Of a stretch of 64,000 bases of DNA, positions 63,153 to 64,000 are shown piece after piece. How positions within the stretch are numbered: position 1 is the stretch's first letter; each line of letters opens with the position of its first letter. The DNA is from Torpedo marmorata (Eukaryota). The notes beneath the pieces are model-generated. The model made no database searches. It was not told the DNA's origin and worked only from the letters and a program-made list of their open reading frames with translations. The position numbers were made by a program, and so were the translations under genes. Location of the stretch: assembly GCA_977017645.1 (NCBI GenBank), contig OZ360223.1, positions 47,554,001 through 47,618,000 of the forward strand, written 5' to 3'.

Positions 63153-63808
63153 AATGTACCTGAGGGATTTGTTACATGACAAATGTGAATTCAAGTGGAC
63201 GGCCAACGAGGAGGAAGAATGGGGACGACTGAAGACCATTCTAACTACAGAACCAGGGCTTTTGACGTTCTTTGACCCATCCAGAAGGACGAAAATATCT
63301 ACGGATGCTTCAAATATGGAATAGGTGCTGTACTACTTCAGGCTGTGGGAGAAGATTGGAGGCCAGTTGCATACGCATCAAGGACGATGACCACATCTGA
63401 ATGTCGTTATGTTTAGATAGAGAAAGAGTGCCTAGGTCTGGTCTATGGACTCGAGAAATTCCACAGTTATGTGTATGGTCTACCTGTGGCAGAGACAGAC
63501 CACAAGCCATTAATAGTGATAATCAAGAAAAACCTCAGTGAGATGTCACCACGAATCGAAAGACTGATGATGAAGCTACAATGTTATGACTTTGAATTGC
63601 TGTACACACCAGGGAAACTTATTGTGCTGGCTGATGCGCTGTCCAGGGCAACGACGCAGAGTGAAGCACACAATAAGAGTTCCACACAGATGTGGATCTC
63701 CACGTGAACCTGATCACTGAATCTCTTCCCGTATCTGACATGAAATCCAAGCAGATTGCAGCTGAAACAAAAAAGGACATAGTTCTACAGAAAGGTCATC
63801 AAGAATCG

Positions 63809-64000
63809 GTTACATTGCTATTACATGGAAATCTGATGTAGATTTAGGGTTAGAGAGATGGCATGCAGAACTTCGTTCATGTATACCACTTGAAAAAATT
63901 ACTTATAATTTACGTAATAAATACCATTTCTTTTTGAAAATATGGAGCCCATATATAAAAACTGTTGGTTTAAGGATTTGAAGATCTCTAGACATCGGAT
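63809..64000 (+). mobile_element. L1 3' fragment running off the window
   Basis: Nearly identical to 45402-45590 (IAITWKSDVDLGLERWHAELRSC). Confidence 0.92.

Larger units (their letters stand above)
58488..63808 (+). mobile_element. Gypsy LTR retrotransposon, decayed, 3'-truncated and split by a Penelope
   Basis: LTR 58488-58663 (tgtggtg...catcaca); PBS tggtatcaggagt (tRNA-Leu-like) at 58664; gag CNKC..H..C; PR FKLDIGA; RT LRVCMD/LDASQGFWQ/YMDD; RH TDAS, ETDHKPL. Confidence 0.93.

Overview
Eukaryotic (vertebrate) genomic DNA, most likely from a cartilaginous fish, inferred from the CR1/Rex1/L1/Penelope/HE1-like SINE repertoire. The only host coding sequence found is the last two exons of CADPS (CAPS1; + strand, 8869-8973 and 14683-14862), followed by its 3' UTR. 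The first ~18 kb is relatively repeat-poor. The remaining ~46 kb is a nested pile of CR1, Rex1/Babar, L1/Tx1, two Gypsy elements, one BEL/Pao element, a solo LTR, Penelope pieces, MITEs and SINEs. Four things stand out. (1) A non-autonomous BEL/Pao element whose RT/RNaseH/integrase core is replaced by host-like coiled-coil sequence, including a MIPOL1-like segment, with an SLTM/SAFB-like SAP domain at the gag N-terminus. (2) A ~1 kb insert combining a type III hammerhead-ribozyme fold with degenerate telomere-like repeats that read as a Pro-Asn ORF. (3) A three-copy GC-rich non-coding retroelement with YY1 sites and a Rex1-type 3' end. (4) Palindromic mini-elements built from Penelope hammerhead-bearing termini. 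All homology calls are from recall, not from database searches; TE boundaries without a TSD are approximate.
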